Below the pieces are notes generated by a model. It made no database searches. It saw only the letters and a list, made by a program, of their open reading frames with translations, and was not told where the DNA came from. A stretch of 64,000 nt of DNA from Balanoglossus misakiensis (taxonomy: Eukaryota > Animalia > Hemichordata): NCBI GenBank assembly GCA_040954595.2, contig CM082587.2:3604275-3668274 (forward strand). The letters are read 5' to 3'. Within the stretch, counting starts at the first letter, position 1. Each line of letters begins with the position of its first letter. The position numbers and the translations under genes are program-made. This document shows, in pieces, positions 13,101 to 25,984 of this stretch.

Positions 13101-16100
13101 AACAAAGGTATGAACATACAGGTCGACGACAAAAATCAGAAGTGGGGTTTTCTGAATAGATTAAAACTGGCACGGTTTCTGCAAGTAATGTACTTAAAAA
13201 AAACTTCACGCCTACGGGATCACATCTCAATGATTCAGTTGCTAGACCATGCGTGCAGAGCACTTGGGGTAAAACAATAAAACATCAAGCAGGGAGAGGA
13301 GACACCTTTAGTGAAAGTTAAAACCCCTTAGCTGTAACGTCTGATAATACTAGTATGTTCAGTCCTTACATCTACAGCCTATATCACGTGCTACTCGCTA
13401 AAACATGTTCACATTCAACTGGTCAACTGGTCACCACAGCCTATATACGTACATGTATAATTAACAATGTTAGTGTATACACGCATGTTTCAGCGAATAG
13501 AAAAGACATATGTGGGTTATTATACCAAAAAACTTTGAAAACTAGCCGCAGCGTTTTTTAACGCTATATTCTTTTGATTCCTAAGACAAAACTTACACGC
13601 CACCAACCGTTTCCGAGAGGCAGCGACTCACAGAAAAAATATAATAAACCAAACATACGGGACTGCCTGAGTAACGAAGCTTATTAATTTAATCGGCTCA
13701 GAAACTAAGCGCTCGTGTGATCAAAGATCTCTGGAGACGACGATGTCTGCCCAGGCCTCACGTCTCTAACAGCTGACGCCAAAAAAAAAAAGAAACGCAC
13801 GGTGACTTAAAATCGACTCAGAAAGGAATTACTGGCAGATATGTTTTCTGTATCAGTTTAAAGACGGTTTCTTCCTTCGAGAAAGAGCAAAGTACCACGG
13901 CTTGTCATTCTTGTAATGCATTTAAAGGTCAGTTGCGTTTGCACAGTTTAAGCATCCAAGCCGCGCATAGCTTGATGGCCCTTCAAAGACTTGAGACTGA
14001 ATACACCCATCCAAGCTATCTCAAAACAAAGGGTGTGTGTGACGACTGTATGTAAACCTTTATAGTTTCAGGTTGCCGTCCAGTCAATTATCATGATCTC
14101 AATTTTACCCGGTAAAGTAACCACGTGAAAGTAACCCACCCTACTCACTTACGTACTTACTGTACTTTATTATCTATCCTTAAACCACAACAGTGCCTAT
14201 ACCGTTTGTCGTAGTGAATTAAGATCTCAAATAACACCATGGATAGACTTTCTATAAAAAAATCTTTTCCACTGCACCCTATAGCCTCTATGGGACACCT
14301 ACATTGCCAATTTGCAAAATTTCAATAGGATACAACTTTTGTTTGGTAAACATAGTGGAATCACGTCAAGCACGTGATATTTTTGTCACTAACCCAGGTA
14401 GAAAACATCATTTACTCACTCGTTCGCGCAACTTTTAGGAAGATAACTTCTTAGCACGTGATTAATCATGTGACCAGTGTCGATAATTACGCATTACACA
14501 TGCGCGGGGGTCATGTGACATCGGTCGAGTCTGATCTCTCAGCCGTAATCGAATTAAACGGACACCGCATAAAACCCAAAACACCTAGTGCATTAAAGCC
14601 TTTTACGACGTGTACACTCCATCGTACAGCGCGATGCATATTTCATTGGTCCCAATAAATTTATAGTTACACTGTCATTCTCCTGAATTATATACTTTAA
14701 CTTATTTCATGAATAAATACATGAGCACTTCACTTGGGGCCAATGATTTATTTTTGCTCGTTTACGCATTCTGCATGAGACTGTTTTCAGCAACTTGAGG
14801 GTGTTCTCATTATAACTTTTTGAAAACCTACAACTTCGCAGGAGATGCCTTAGAAATCACCGTTTTTAATGTTCTATCTCCTACCCGGAGATAATCACAA
14901 TATCCGTAATTTGAAGAATGATCGCGTTTAAAGTTAAGTCTCTTCTGGGGGAAAACATCGGTGGCCGTTTTCACTTGATTGCGTTCTATAAATAGCATTT
15001 ATCTACACATTCCGTGTTATAAACAGAGCACACGTAGACCTTGGAAGTCGAGTGATATTTCAGGGACACGCGATTTTCCGATTTTTCGAGGCAGTGTCGC
15101 AGCTGCATGTGGGCTTGTTAAGCCCTGTTTGAGCATATTACAGCGTTGCCTTAATAAGACGCGCATCCATTCTGGAGCAGCACGGTGCTAATCAGACCCC
15201 ACACGCTAAAATTTTATACCTTGCCTTTGTCTTCAATTCAATTTCGAGGGTGTCGAAGACGGCTTAATTGGCGAGTAGAATTGCTCCACAGATTTGATCA
15301 CATTCAATTTTCCCGAACCCCTCTGATCGCAGGCAACGGGTCGGGATCTCATTTACAGAAACGCACAGAGCACACATGTGGCACTCTCTGCACCGTACAA
15401 TTCCTCACCAGCGTATCACAGGCGTTGCCTAGGAAACGCGTATTTAGGTGAGCGTGGGACCCTTCAATCAATAATAGTGATCAAACAACTCTCTTCGCGG
15501 ATGACTTATAACGTATTTATATGCTTCCAGCCAACTTGTCATTAAGTACGTGAATAGAATACCCAGCGTGTTTCTTGAATTTTTTCAGTAGCATGACAGT
15601 GCTGATATTTCTAATTGATTACGTGAAAGTTTTTAAAATATGTCTCCGTTACGGTAGTAATTGTTCCTATCATTAAATCGTAAGCTGCAAACGTTAAGAT
15701 TTTTTTTCATGATTCAAGGCAGCGATCATTTTTTCTCGCAGGAGAGACGAGAGAAATGTGGCCTATATGACCTCTGCCAAGATTGAGAGAATTTCACAGG
15801 CCAACGGGGATTAGAAAATCTGTCTATTTACAGGTTGTCATGGAGACAAGATATAGAAAATCCAGAAGGATGTTATATTGTGTATTATTTCTAAAATCCC
15901 TCCTCAAAAACTCGAACAAGTGGCTTCAATTTGGTAGCGAAGAGCTCTAGGCAATTTAAATTGTACCACTTCAGAACAAATGGTCGAATGTGTCTTTACA
16001 TCAGAGTCGTTGTATGATGTGGAACTGGTTTCTCGAAGGTACCAGAAAATTTGCGATGTAGTTAGTCTAGTTATTTGACCGGGAAAAATCGCAAGCTGAT

Positions 16101-17957
16101 CAAATTTTCCGCGTTGGAAGCGTGACCAGTGGCTATTTCGTTAATATCGGAAGTGTGTGGGTCCCAGCCCAGTCAGTTCCACAAAAGTGAAAATTCGTCT
16201 TCCTTCGCGTGAGTGTAAGTGCCCTGCGCAACTCAGGGTTTCAGGTCATTTTTCCCTTGTACAAGTTTGTACTGTTTACCGTTTGCTGATACTCGCAGCT
16301 GCATAACGCGAAAGCTGCAGCCGATGATCTGCTTCGGTATTTGAATAGTATATACCAACGAATATTTTCACGTCGACTAGATTTGTATAAAAGCTCTGGC
16401 TCTGCAGGAGTTTAATCGCCCACGCCTTTCTGCCCAATGCACTTTAAAATTTGAAGTTCAAAATGAATTGTCGGGTAAGTACTATATTGATGGGTCAATG
16501 TAGTACTCTACCGTACGTACAATGTCAGTATTTCCCCCCAAAAGAAAAACATAGACTAAGTAATAGTAGCTGTTCGCGGAAGCTCCTTTTTAACTACCAT
16601 TTCTTATTCAGGTCCATTTCCACGACGATACGTCATTGTATCTAATTAATCGCTTGGTCGTTCATTTGACCTGGTTTCGCGGAAAACGCCTGCCTGAACT
16701 CATAGGTTTCATTGCATCAATGGATGCAATGTGAAGGGTTTATGGGGCTTTCAATCAAACCGTTTCGGACCACTAAACCGCGAAACATCAGTCCGCCGTG
16801 AGAAAATGATTTCTGTACTTTGCATTTGCAGCCTTCAACATTAAATCTGGGTAATGTGGCGACATTGTGACATTTAGCGTGCGCACCGCAACAGGTACTA
16901 TTTCACTCCGTCTTAACGGCTGTAGACGATATATTTGAGAGCATTGCAGATTGGCGTGACTTTCAATGCATAACATTGATGGTGCTGTCGACGAACGCCG
17001 ACTGCCACTGATGAATAAATCCAGTGCGTTCTATATTCCTTACGCAAACGCGACGGCCATTCCTATACATGTACATTGTTTTCCCCCGCGTTCCTATCTC
17101 CGGGGACTTCGCAATACTGGAAGGTGACTTTCCCCCTACTTTGTATTCGTTTCGAGGTCGATCTTAATCTGACATGCGACCGGGCTGTCGTTCCGTGAGA
17201 TCGATCAAACCGTGCGCTAGGATGCATGCCGACCGCCCCTAACGCCGCGCGTCAGATGACTTTGAGCTACAACATTTCATTTTTTCTCGCGCGGGGCTCT
17301 ATGTGATATTATAGTCGTCCCTTCACACGACAGTCGGCTGTCAGAGCCATCTTCTATATCCTGTTGTCTTCGCTTTTGGAGGTCACGTCACGACGATGGC
17401 GAACCTCGATTATTGCTTTGTAGGGGAGCGAATTGCGGTAATTACTGTGGACATCTGCACCCTCGGTAATTCAAACATTGAGATGGCAACAACAAACTGC
17501 CTTTCCGTCTTCGCCTGCAAAGCACATCGCCGTGGATGTTACTTGTTAATCTATTTCCTTAATCGGAGATTAAACGCTTCAAATGACACGAAGTCTCGAA
17601 GATTTTATCACCTTAGCATGTGCAAACTGAACTGTCTTTCTGTGATCGCAGGGATAAGTGATGGAATGGCGTGAAAGATTAATTGTTCTGATATCACAAA
17701 TAATGTGAATAGGGAATACGAAATCAGTAATTAAGACCTTAGTTAATGCCACTACCTACCCGTGCACAACCCGTGAACCTACCTACCTATTTGAATAAAT
17801 AAATAAATAAATAAATGAAACTTTCGACGCACAAACATTCGTGTTAACGTTTGGCTTCACCATGGAGGACCACCTCCATGGTTTCACACGATCGGGTCCA
17901 AGCGGACGACGTTCAGGCCAAAAAAAAAACAACTATTCCTGAACGATATCTTTTTAC

Positions 17958-18115
17958 CTTTTCTTTGAAACGTTTGGCGCGCTACCCATAGCTTCGTCGC
18001 ACATGGAGCAGGACCACCAGAGGTTGCGGGCGCAAATGCGCAGCCAGGGTTTGGCCCACTTGTCGTTGACGAGAAGATGGTAATGGTGATTCTGCTGTTG
18101 GTCCGGTGCCGACAT
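17958..18115 (-). CDS. GARNL3: Candidate alternative first coding exon of GARNL3 (MSAPDQQQNHHYHLLVNDKWAKPWLRICARNLWWSCSMCDEAMGSAPNVSKK)
   Basis: ATG at 18115 (gacATG); 158 nt = 52 codons + AG; donor AAG|gtaaaa, phase 2, in frame with the common exon. GC-rich island. Under 60 aa, so absent from the ORF track. Confidence 0.62.
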
Positions 18116-19158
18116 GTCGATACCGAGGTCGGAGCGCTGCGAGACGTCGTCCGCCAGTGCACGTGTTCTGTGTCACAAATGAACCAACACACCGCTCGCT
18201 CTCCCTCTCTCTCCTTTAAGACTTTGCACAGATGTGTCAGGCGCAGTCGCGCGCAGCTCAGGCTGTACCACCGGAAAAGGACTAACAGCCCAACAAGGTC
18301 GTGCGACCCCCCAAGTTCACAAGGCTTTTCCCGTGTGACGGATTAGATGAAGTATTGTGGCGAGTCTAGGACACGGCGTGCCTGGCCCCCGAATCTCCTC
18401 GCGTATACACTTTCACTGCAGCCTGGTACCGTATGAAGCAAATAGCACTCTTCTCCCACAGAAGACCACCGGTTAATACATTCGTGGGGCATGCGCATGC
18501 GTACACATCGATTAGAAGGTTTGCCAACTAGCGTGAGTTATTAGTGGGTGGCTTGCGTGTTACCTGGAGATTAAACGCACCCGACTGCGTGTCACCGAAA
18601 GGTTGTTAACAAAAAGTTTTAGATATACAATGTAGTAAGATGAACGCCCGGCGGTAAAATAGTCCCATTAATGTCTTGGCGTTAAAACAGAAGACAGCAT
18701 ATTGTAACCTTATGAGCAAAAGAGAGAAGTTCGAATATCCATTGGCAGTAGAGGGAAACTTAATATTCAAATTCACCTAACAGGTGTCAGTTGGGAAACC
18801 AATCATTGGAGAAATATACGCGCATGCTAGGTTAGAGTCTCGCATTTGCAATGTGGGATCTAACATGAAGGCACTCTGCAGTCTGAAACTCACACCCTGG
18901 CCTTCCAAGGTGCATACGGCATTGGCACTCTTCGTTTGGACAAGACACGTTTCAGTTTATTTTTAGATGTTGTGATTTTTTAATCGCAGGTCTGATAGAA
19001 CTCGGCCACTTTGCACACCGCTAGTACAGTACTCATCACAAATGGTGTCAGACTTGACGGGTTGGATGAATTGGCGGTGCGTCACTTCCGGTAGGGCGCA
19101 CTGAATGTGGGAGGATAAGGGTAGATGGCCATGATAAACATAGGTACTCAGCAATAAG

Positions 19159-19272
19159 ATACATACATACATACATACATACATACATACATACATACAT
19201 ACATACATACATACATACATACATACATACATACATACATACATACATACATACATACATACATACATACAT

Positions 19273-19335
<63 letters not shown>

Positions 19336-19448
19336 TACATACATACATACATACATACATACATACATACATACATACATACATACATACATACATACAT
19401 ACACACATACACACATACACACATACATACACACATACACACATACAT
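19159..19448 (+). repeat. Compound microsatellite (TACA)n-(CA)n-(TACA)n
   Basis: Directly visible; it produces the spurious MYVC-repeat ORFs. Confidence 0.98.
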
Positions 19449-22383
19449 AAACTAATTAATCGGTCGCCATGAACGAGAAAGGGCCATAATTAAAAAAATA
19501 ATTTACACTGGATATCCCGTGGTGTTGTAAATTTGGACGAAATAGACTGAATATTAGAAATAATTAAATGTACTTCCTCAACATATTAAATATTAATTGG
19601 CTTGTTAGTATGGAAAATGACAAGACCCTCGCCAAATGCAAAACAATTACTACCCCCGGGACAGGTTTACGGTGAAAATGCGTCCCTGATGATCAGTATT
19701 CAAGAAAGCTATGTGATTATGCGCTGATAGTTTCACAACGCCGATGTGATTCATACTCGACATTCTCGATTTTTTGCCGTCGGGTCGACCACGACTGCTG
19801 ACCGTGATTCGATATGCGACGGTCAGACGGACATCTGAGATTTCACAGGTGCGGGACACCACACAGTACCCTCGGCGGCCCAGGGGTAAATTGCCAGGGT
19901 CGCGCTCACTTTCGCAGTGCACAGAAGCTCCTGGGAGACACTTGCCTTCTTGTCTTCTTCGCGGGATTAATTGGAGGACGGACCGGGAATATAATGCGAT
20001 ATGGGTTTAGATAGGATGCCGAGTAAAGTGGGACTGATAAGACAACTTCAATCAAGGTGCACTCTTGGCGAAGCAAAAACACAACATCGATTCCGCAAGA
20101 TATCAGTGATGTGATTCCTTCTTTAGAAGTATCGCTTATACTATCTACCCAAACATTTCACGTGTAACACGCGTGTATAATCTTTGCCGAAACCATGTTC
20201 ATATAGCACGGAAAAAAACTACTAGTATGTGATAGAACGCAATGATATCGGTGGAAAAGTGGTGTCGGACAAGTCTAGGTAATCAGTCAACTGTTTAGTT
20301 TCTTCTCTGGGCAATATTAAAATTGAACGTCGCTGGAGTCGCTGTAGACTCTTTGTAGAGTAATCATGCGCAGCCCACGCGTCTTGTGCACCTCCGCGAA
20401 CCGTCACGGTGGTAGGCCCCAAGCATTCGGCGTGACTTTCAGTCTCTGTTTTCCAACGCAGTTTTCGCGATGCAAAATCAGTCTCCAGTCTCAAGCTTCT
20501 AATATGATACTTATCAGCCCACACACAAAAAATCACAATATCAATGCAAAAGACTAGAGTGAACTAAGTTACATTTGCTTTACTTTCTACATGTATATAA
20601 AGGGGGGGGGGGTAAAAATATGAAATTATTATCACGCCTTACTGTTAGATAAACCCCTGTGATTACATTAATTATATGTTGAAAATCATTGGTTACTTGA
20701 GAACAGGGAACTTAAGTCTTCCACCCTCGTTACCATAGTAATCATCGATGAAATGGTCCCGAACCAACTATCAATGATAGTATCTGGTATCCATGGCCAC
20801 GTTGCAATTACGAGCATTTGTTATCAAGCAATGATTCCACAATGTTTATTACAATCTAATCGCGTGGGTCGTGTTTGCTAGAATGTTATAAAACGTTATC
20901 ATCTACTAATCATCTTCTGGAGTGAAATCTCAGTCTTGCAAATATTGTAGAGAAATTATTTCATTTCAATGGCCACGTGTGAGCGAGCAAATTGAGAAAC
21001 CGAACGCTCGGATTTCAAGGTGAGCAAACCTGAACCGGCCAACAATACCTACACATCGAGAGGCACAACGTGAAATCTGACCGTACGAAGAAGAACATAT
21101 CAACTCTACCGTCAAGACCTTGGACAATTCATTTGCCAATGGTTTCAGTCACGTGACCATCGCGCGAATTCTGAAGATACACTCGAGAGACTCAAGTGAA
21201 AAACCCTGAAACGACTTCTTCAAGTATTTGAATACGGTCACCAACAGATACTGAGATCTCCCTTGCTGATTTCATTATGGGTATCAAACTTGCCTCGTCT
21301 TCCGACCAAATCATGCCCACGCGAGCCGATGCCGCACCGAAAGACGAACCGCACCCTTTGTCGACATCGTCTCCCCGAACGGAAGTACACCGTACCGGGG
21401 GTGGTAGAGTTTTGCTACCGATGCCATCACGTGATTGGTCCCGGGGACTCTTTAACGTTCCCAGGGACCCGATATTATCGCCGCGTGGTTCTCGATTGCA
21501 ATCGTGGTACGCGCGCGCAGCAGTATCGAGGGATTAAGTGAATTACTTGGTCCAATTTGTAAACACATGTACCCATTAGCTGACTTAACGTATTGTCAAT
21601 TCTGATATTAACCTCTTCTCAAATCCAGCACGGGGGATCTTGGTCTTAATAGGCGAAGAACAACGTTAACTGCGCTGAGTTGGTCCAAAGGTCAAAATCG
21701 TCTTATGGAAAGACTGGTTCATTACAATTCTGTACTTTCATGCTGAAAATTAATCTTCAGCATGAAAATGGAATTGTCTTTTTAAAGAACGGGAGTATGG
21801 GTTTGAAAATGACAGAACATGGTCGCCACTGCTGGTTTCATTTTCTGTTAAATTTTCAGGCAGCTCTCGGTATTATTGGTAAAAGTCGTTCAGCAAATGC
21901 TCGAATTTTCGCGGTTCCTGTAGCTTTAAAATTATGCTGCGTCAGACCTACGCATCGAAGACGGGGGGGGGGGGACTTGATGACAAATCCCGTTTTAGGA
22001 TCGGGACCTGTCACACGAGATGCCAAATGTTAGTCGCATTACCCGCTTTAACCATGAAAGATCGGTCAAACTTTCAATTTACGTTCGGCAACCGCGACCG
22101 AATGCTCCGCGAATCAATATGACAAACTGAAAGCGAGGCGCCAAGATGTCTTCAACGGTTGAAAACACTTATTGATTTTTTTTGTAATATCATGTCATCG
22201 CTGTGGGCCAGATGCTCCTCGGATAGTTTGTTTCTGTCATGTTCTCAAACCCCGCACTTTGGAAGTGGATGTCGAGATGATGAAGTGGTACATTTCTGAC
22301 GTGCAACTGTGGCAGTCTTTGTGACCCAGCCTCTCGCGCAAACTTAGACTGTAAAGGCACAGTCGTTTGCGGGCGCTCCGTAC

Positions 22384-22453
22384 CTCCTCCATCCCTCCTC
22401 CTCCTCCTCCTCCTCCTCCTCCACAGCAGCAGCAGCGACAACAAACAACAACA
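22384..22453 (+). repeat. Adjacent trinucleotide microsatellites (CTC)n-(CAG)n-(CAA)n
   Basis: ctcctc... to 22421, cagcagcagcag, then caacaaacaacaaca. Confidence 0.85.
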
Positions 22454-25289
22454 AATAAACCGCCCATGGCACATGCAGTTTGTATTTCATTTTCCATAGG
22501 AACAGTCACGTGTTGACAGAACGAGTCACGTGCCACTATAAAAATCAGTCATTCGCCATAGAAACAGTCACATCTCCGTAGAAACAAATATGTGTCTTAA
22601 AAGAATCAATCACGCGCCTCATTAGAATTAGCCAGTAGCAAAAGTGAAACAGAAGATGACAACTGCAGCAAGAAACTATGTCATTTCGAAACCGACGAAT
22701 TGGAAACAATGGCTGCGGCCAAATAATCTCTCCGCTGATACCCATGAAGAATATTAAAATTGACTTCTCCACTACAGAGAGAATGACTCGGGGTTGCCCC
22801 GGTTTTACTGTGCGCGTCTAAATGTCCACTCCAGTTGTTGCTAAGATATATGATAAAAGCTGATGTACAGCCACATCCCCAAGATGGCCCCTTGAGACAC
22901 AACACACTCCCGGCCCTTTGAAGAAGATTTTCCCTGCGCAATCACAAGTGCAGTTCCAGCGACATCACCATATGTCGGGCGATGCAATCGGAGCGACATT
23001 ACAGTAAAGAGAAACAAGTTGGTGGATTGTGATGGCTTGAACGCTCTTAAACCCCACAAACAGCGAGATAACAAGTCCTGATAGAAATCTTGTTCTGCAG
23101 TGACTTACTCGCCCCCTTTGCATCACAAGAATTCAAAGCGCCACATTTTACGCTAAGGTGCAGGAAATTGTGATGAAGTTGTTCCCGCCGCTGCACAGAC
23201 TAACAACGTCACCGGCGTTGCGGCTAAAACATTTACCAGAGTGTTCGTACCGCTTGTTTGATCTCACAAGACAAATGTACATATTATATTCATTTATACC
23301 CTTCGCAAATATCAAGGCCTCGATAAGCTTATTACAATGAATACCGGCAAGTGAATTTTTCAATATATTTTTTTCAAATACGGTATACCTTGAAATAATC
23401 TAAATATTTTACTTGTAATCTGCACTTCCATAGTAGATCTACTTCGGCGCCCACACAAGCTCATTTAACAGAGCGAGAAAACCTCTTGCCGTGGAATTGC
23501 ATGCTCAAAACAACACTCTTAGCATATACGTCATCGATGAATCGGGAAAATTCTCGCGCTACATCGCCCTTAGCCAGGATCCATTCAACCGAAACGAGCT
23601 GGCTTGAGTAATTTTCATGTGTACTGCGCGGCTCGATGATCTGAACTATTATGAGAATGTTTCACGGGGTTCGTTAGAGGCCCCATTCGGATCAGAGTCA
23701 AACATCACTTATCTATTTTTTTATGGAAAACGATGAGGGCCAACATACCTAGGTCTGGCTGTATCCTCCATTGTGTGACAGATAAACACTTGGGTAGTTC
23801 ATATCACCGAATCAGGGTAGAGAAATTCCAGGTGGAAAGGTTAAAATTCAGATCGGCGAACAGCGGCGTATACGCGGGCAGCACTGCAACTTCGCCACCG
23901 AAGCCCTATAACCGCTTGCCGAACGACGAATGGCAATCATAGCGCGGAAAGGAATACGGCCAAATTGCACTGGACTTGATAAGTATCATTATGCTACTTA
24001 AATTAGAATGTAATGACGTTTGCGCCAGCGTCCTTGTGAAGCCTCTGCAATAGTGCGCGCCATGATCCGTATGAGTTAGTTCACTGCGAAGGGCCTGGGG
24101 CGGTGAATTCCTGCACAAAATAACGTTTTCAGATACATGGTATGGCGGTGAACTTTAATTGAATTTATTTGCATTTACTTCACACAGACGTAGCCGTCTT
24201 GAGAATTCGTGGCAAAAGCAAAGTCATAATTATTTTGAGATTTTTTTGCGATTCAAAACAGAAATTATAGATGAAATTTTTTCCATTAAACCAGTAATTT
24301 TGGTATTTTTCTTTTAAACAGTATTTGTGAGCAGTGCAATTTTTTTGTTCATAACTCGAGTTAGTTCATGGCATAGTCCATTGATAAACCAGCCCCACTC
24401 TTTTGCTGCCTTCAAATGTTAACAGAGAGCAAATGTGTCCAGACACTCAGCTTTCCACGAAATGATGTTGATCAAGGGTAATCACCGTCTACGCCGTTTA
24501 CAGATTAGAACTTAGTTGATATGCAAAGGATTAGAAACCGTCCGAGTCGTTATTTACGGTTCTGTTTAAATCACGAGGCCGCGCGGGCGAACGATTGTAC
24601 AGACGCCAGAAGGAGACAGTCGAAGTGGACGTGTAACGCCCGTTTTTAGGTCAGAAAACGCAGAAACCTAAATCCCTTGAGTTGAAATGATTTCGTCAGC
24701 TCGTCAGAGCGTGGCCAAAAACCGAGAGGATAAAATTTACATTGAACATGGAATGATTTTTGAACGCTGGTTTGGCTGTACGTGTTGGTGACTGTTTAAT
24801 AACAACCACGGACGCATTCCCAAACAAATTATACAATTACGGCAGCAGAAGCATTCTCTTTTTTCGAATTCATTCAACACAACCTTCACAAAACGATTTG
24901 AAGGAAATTATAACCGCTGACTCGTGATCTTCGGCACGACCATTGTTATTATCTTGAGGAATATAAAATTGGTCAATTTTCGAAAATTGTCTATCTTCCT
25001 CAAATATCCCCAGAAAAACATCTGGTCAAGCTTGTTAATTAGATACACAGACTCAGAGACAGTTAATCGGCTGAGAGTAAGTGAAACCAGCGGTGTGTAT
25101 TACTCGATCGATGTCTCTGATGGTAAAAAAAAACCCTGAGAGACGGATTCTATTCAGTCGAAAATGGAAGAAGCCTCAGAATGTACACATCTTTTATTTT
25201 CATGTTCACGAAACCGATGCCGTGTCGAGTGATGAAAATGAAATTAGGACATTTGTGTCCCATTTTCGTCTCCTCGTTATCCTTGAGCA

Positions 25290-25395
25290 ATGGGCGACGC
25301 CATTTTGAATTTGAAAAGATCAGTTCTAATACGCATGTGCGATGGGCGACGCCATTTTGAATTTGAAAAGATCAGTTCTAATACGCATGTGCGAT
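25290..25395 (+). repeat. Perfect 2 x 52-bp tandem duplication
   Basis: ATGGGCGACGCCATTTTGAATTTGAAAAGATCAGTTCTAATACGCATGTGCG at 25290 and 25342. Confidence 0.95.
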
Positions 25396-25688
25396 ATCAT
25401 GATAAACATATGTGACAAAATATTCACGAAATCGTGATAAAAACAATGACATAATTAATCGTGTGTTTTTTTATTCCAAAACACAACGTACGGATTCAGT
25501 ATCACTGACGCTTTACGCTCAGCTGGAAAGCCTTTGCAATTTTTTATGAGATTTCGAATAGTAAAGTTTTGTAGCCTGCAGCCAGCCAAACACACCATTT
25601 ATTGGTGCCTTGTTCGCTTTATTACCGAACCGTAAAAGCATTTTCATTTCCCAACAATATCTAGTTCCACGAGGTCGCTGCATCTTAC

Positions 25689-25984
25689 CCAGATAATGTT
25701 CCGAATGCCACCGCTCCACATGTGCGCGGAAACTCAGTCCCAGGGATAAAAATTACTCTATCTAACGTTACGTTCTTTGCCCGGGAAACGATCCTTTGCC
25801 GAACGCTTTCCATGAATAAATCGCAACACGAGACGCCCACGTGCAAGCTGACACTCACGTATTTTCGCCGTTTCAGTGCGCAAAAGGCATTTTTTCGACC
25901 CTTAGCATTTATTCCCCCAAGACACGATAAATCTTCCTTTGGGCGGTTGCATGACTTAACTGCCAAATTACTGTGAAGTACCAT
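25689..25984 (-). CDS. Weak candidate alternative first coding exon of GARNL3 (...MESVRQRIVSRAKNVTLDRVIFIPGTEFPRTCGAVAFGTLSG)
   Basis: The 99-aa ORF's stop lies inside a strong donor TGG|gtaaga, phase 2. Second in-frame ATG at 25813. No homology recognised. Confidence 0.28.

Noticed and set aside
18963-19448. MYVC-repeat ORFs up to 161 aa
   Set aside because: Translations of the (TACA)n/(CA)n microsatellite.
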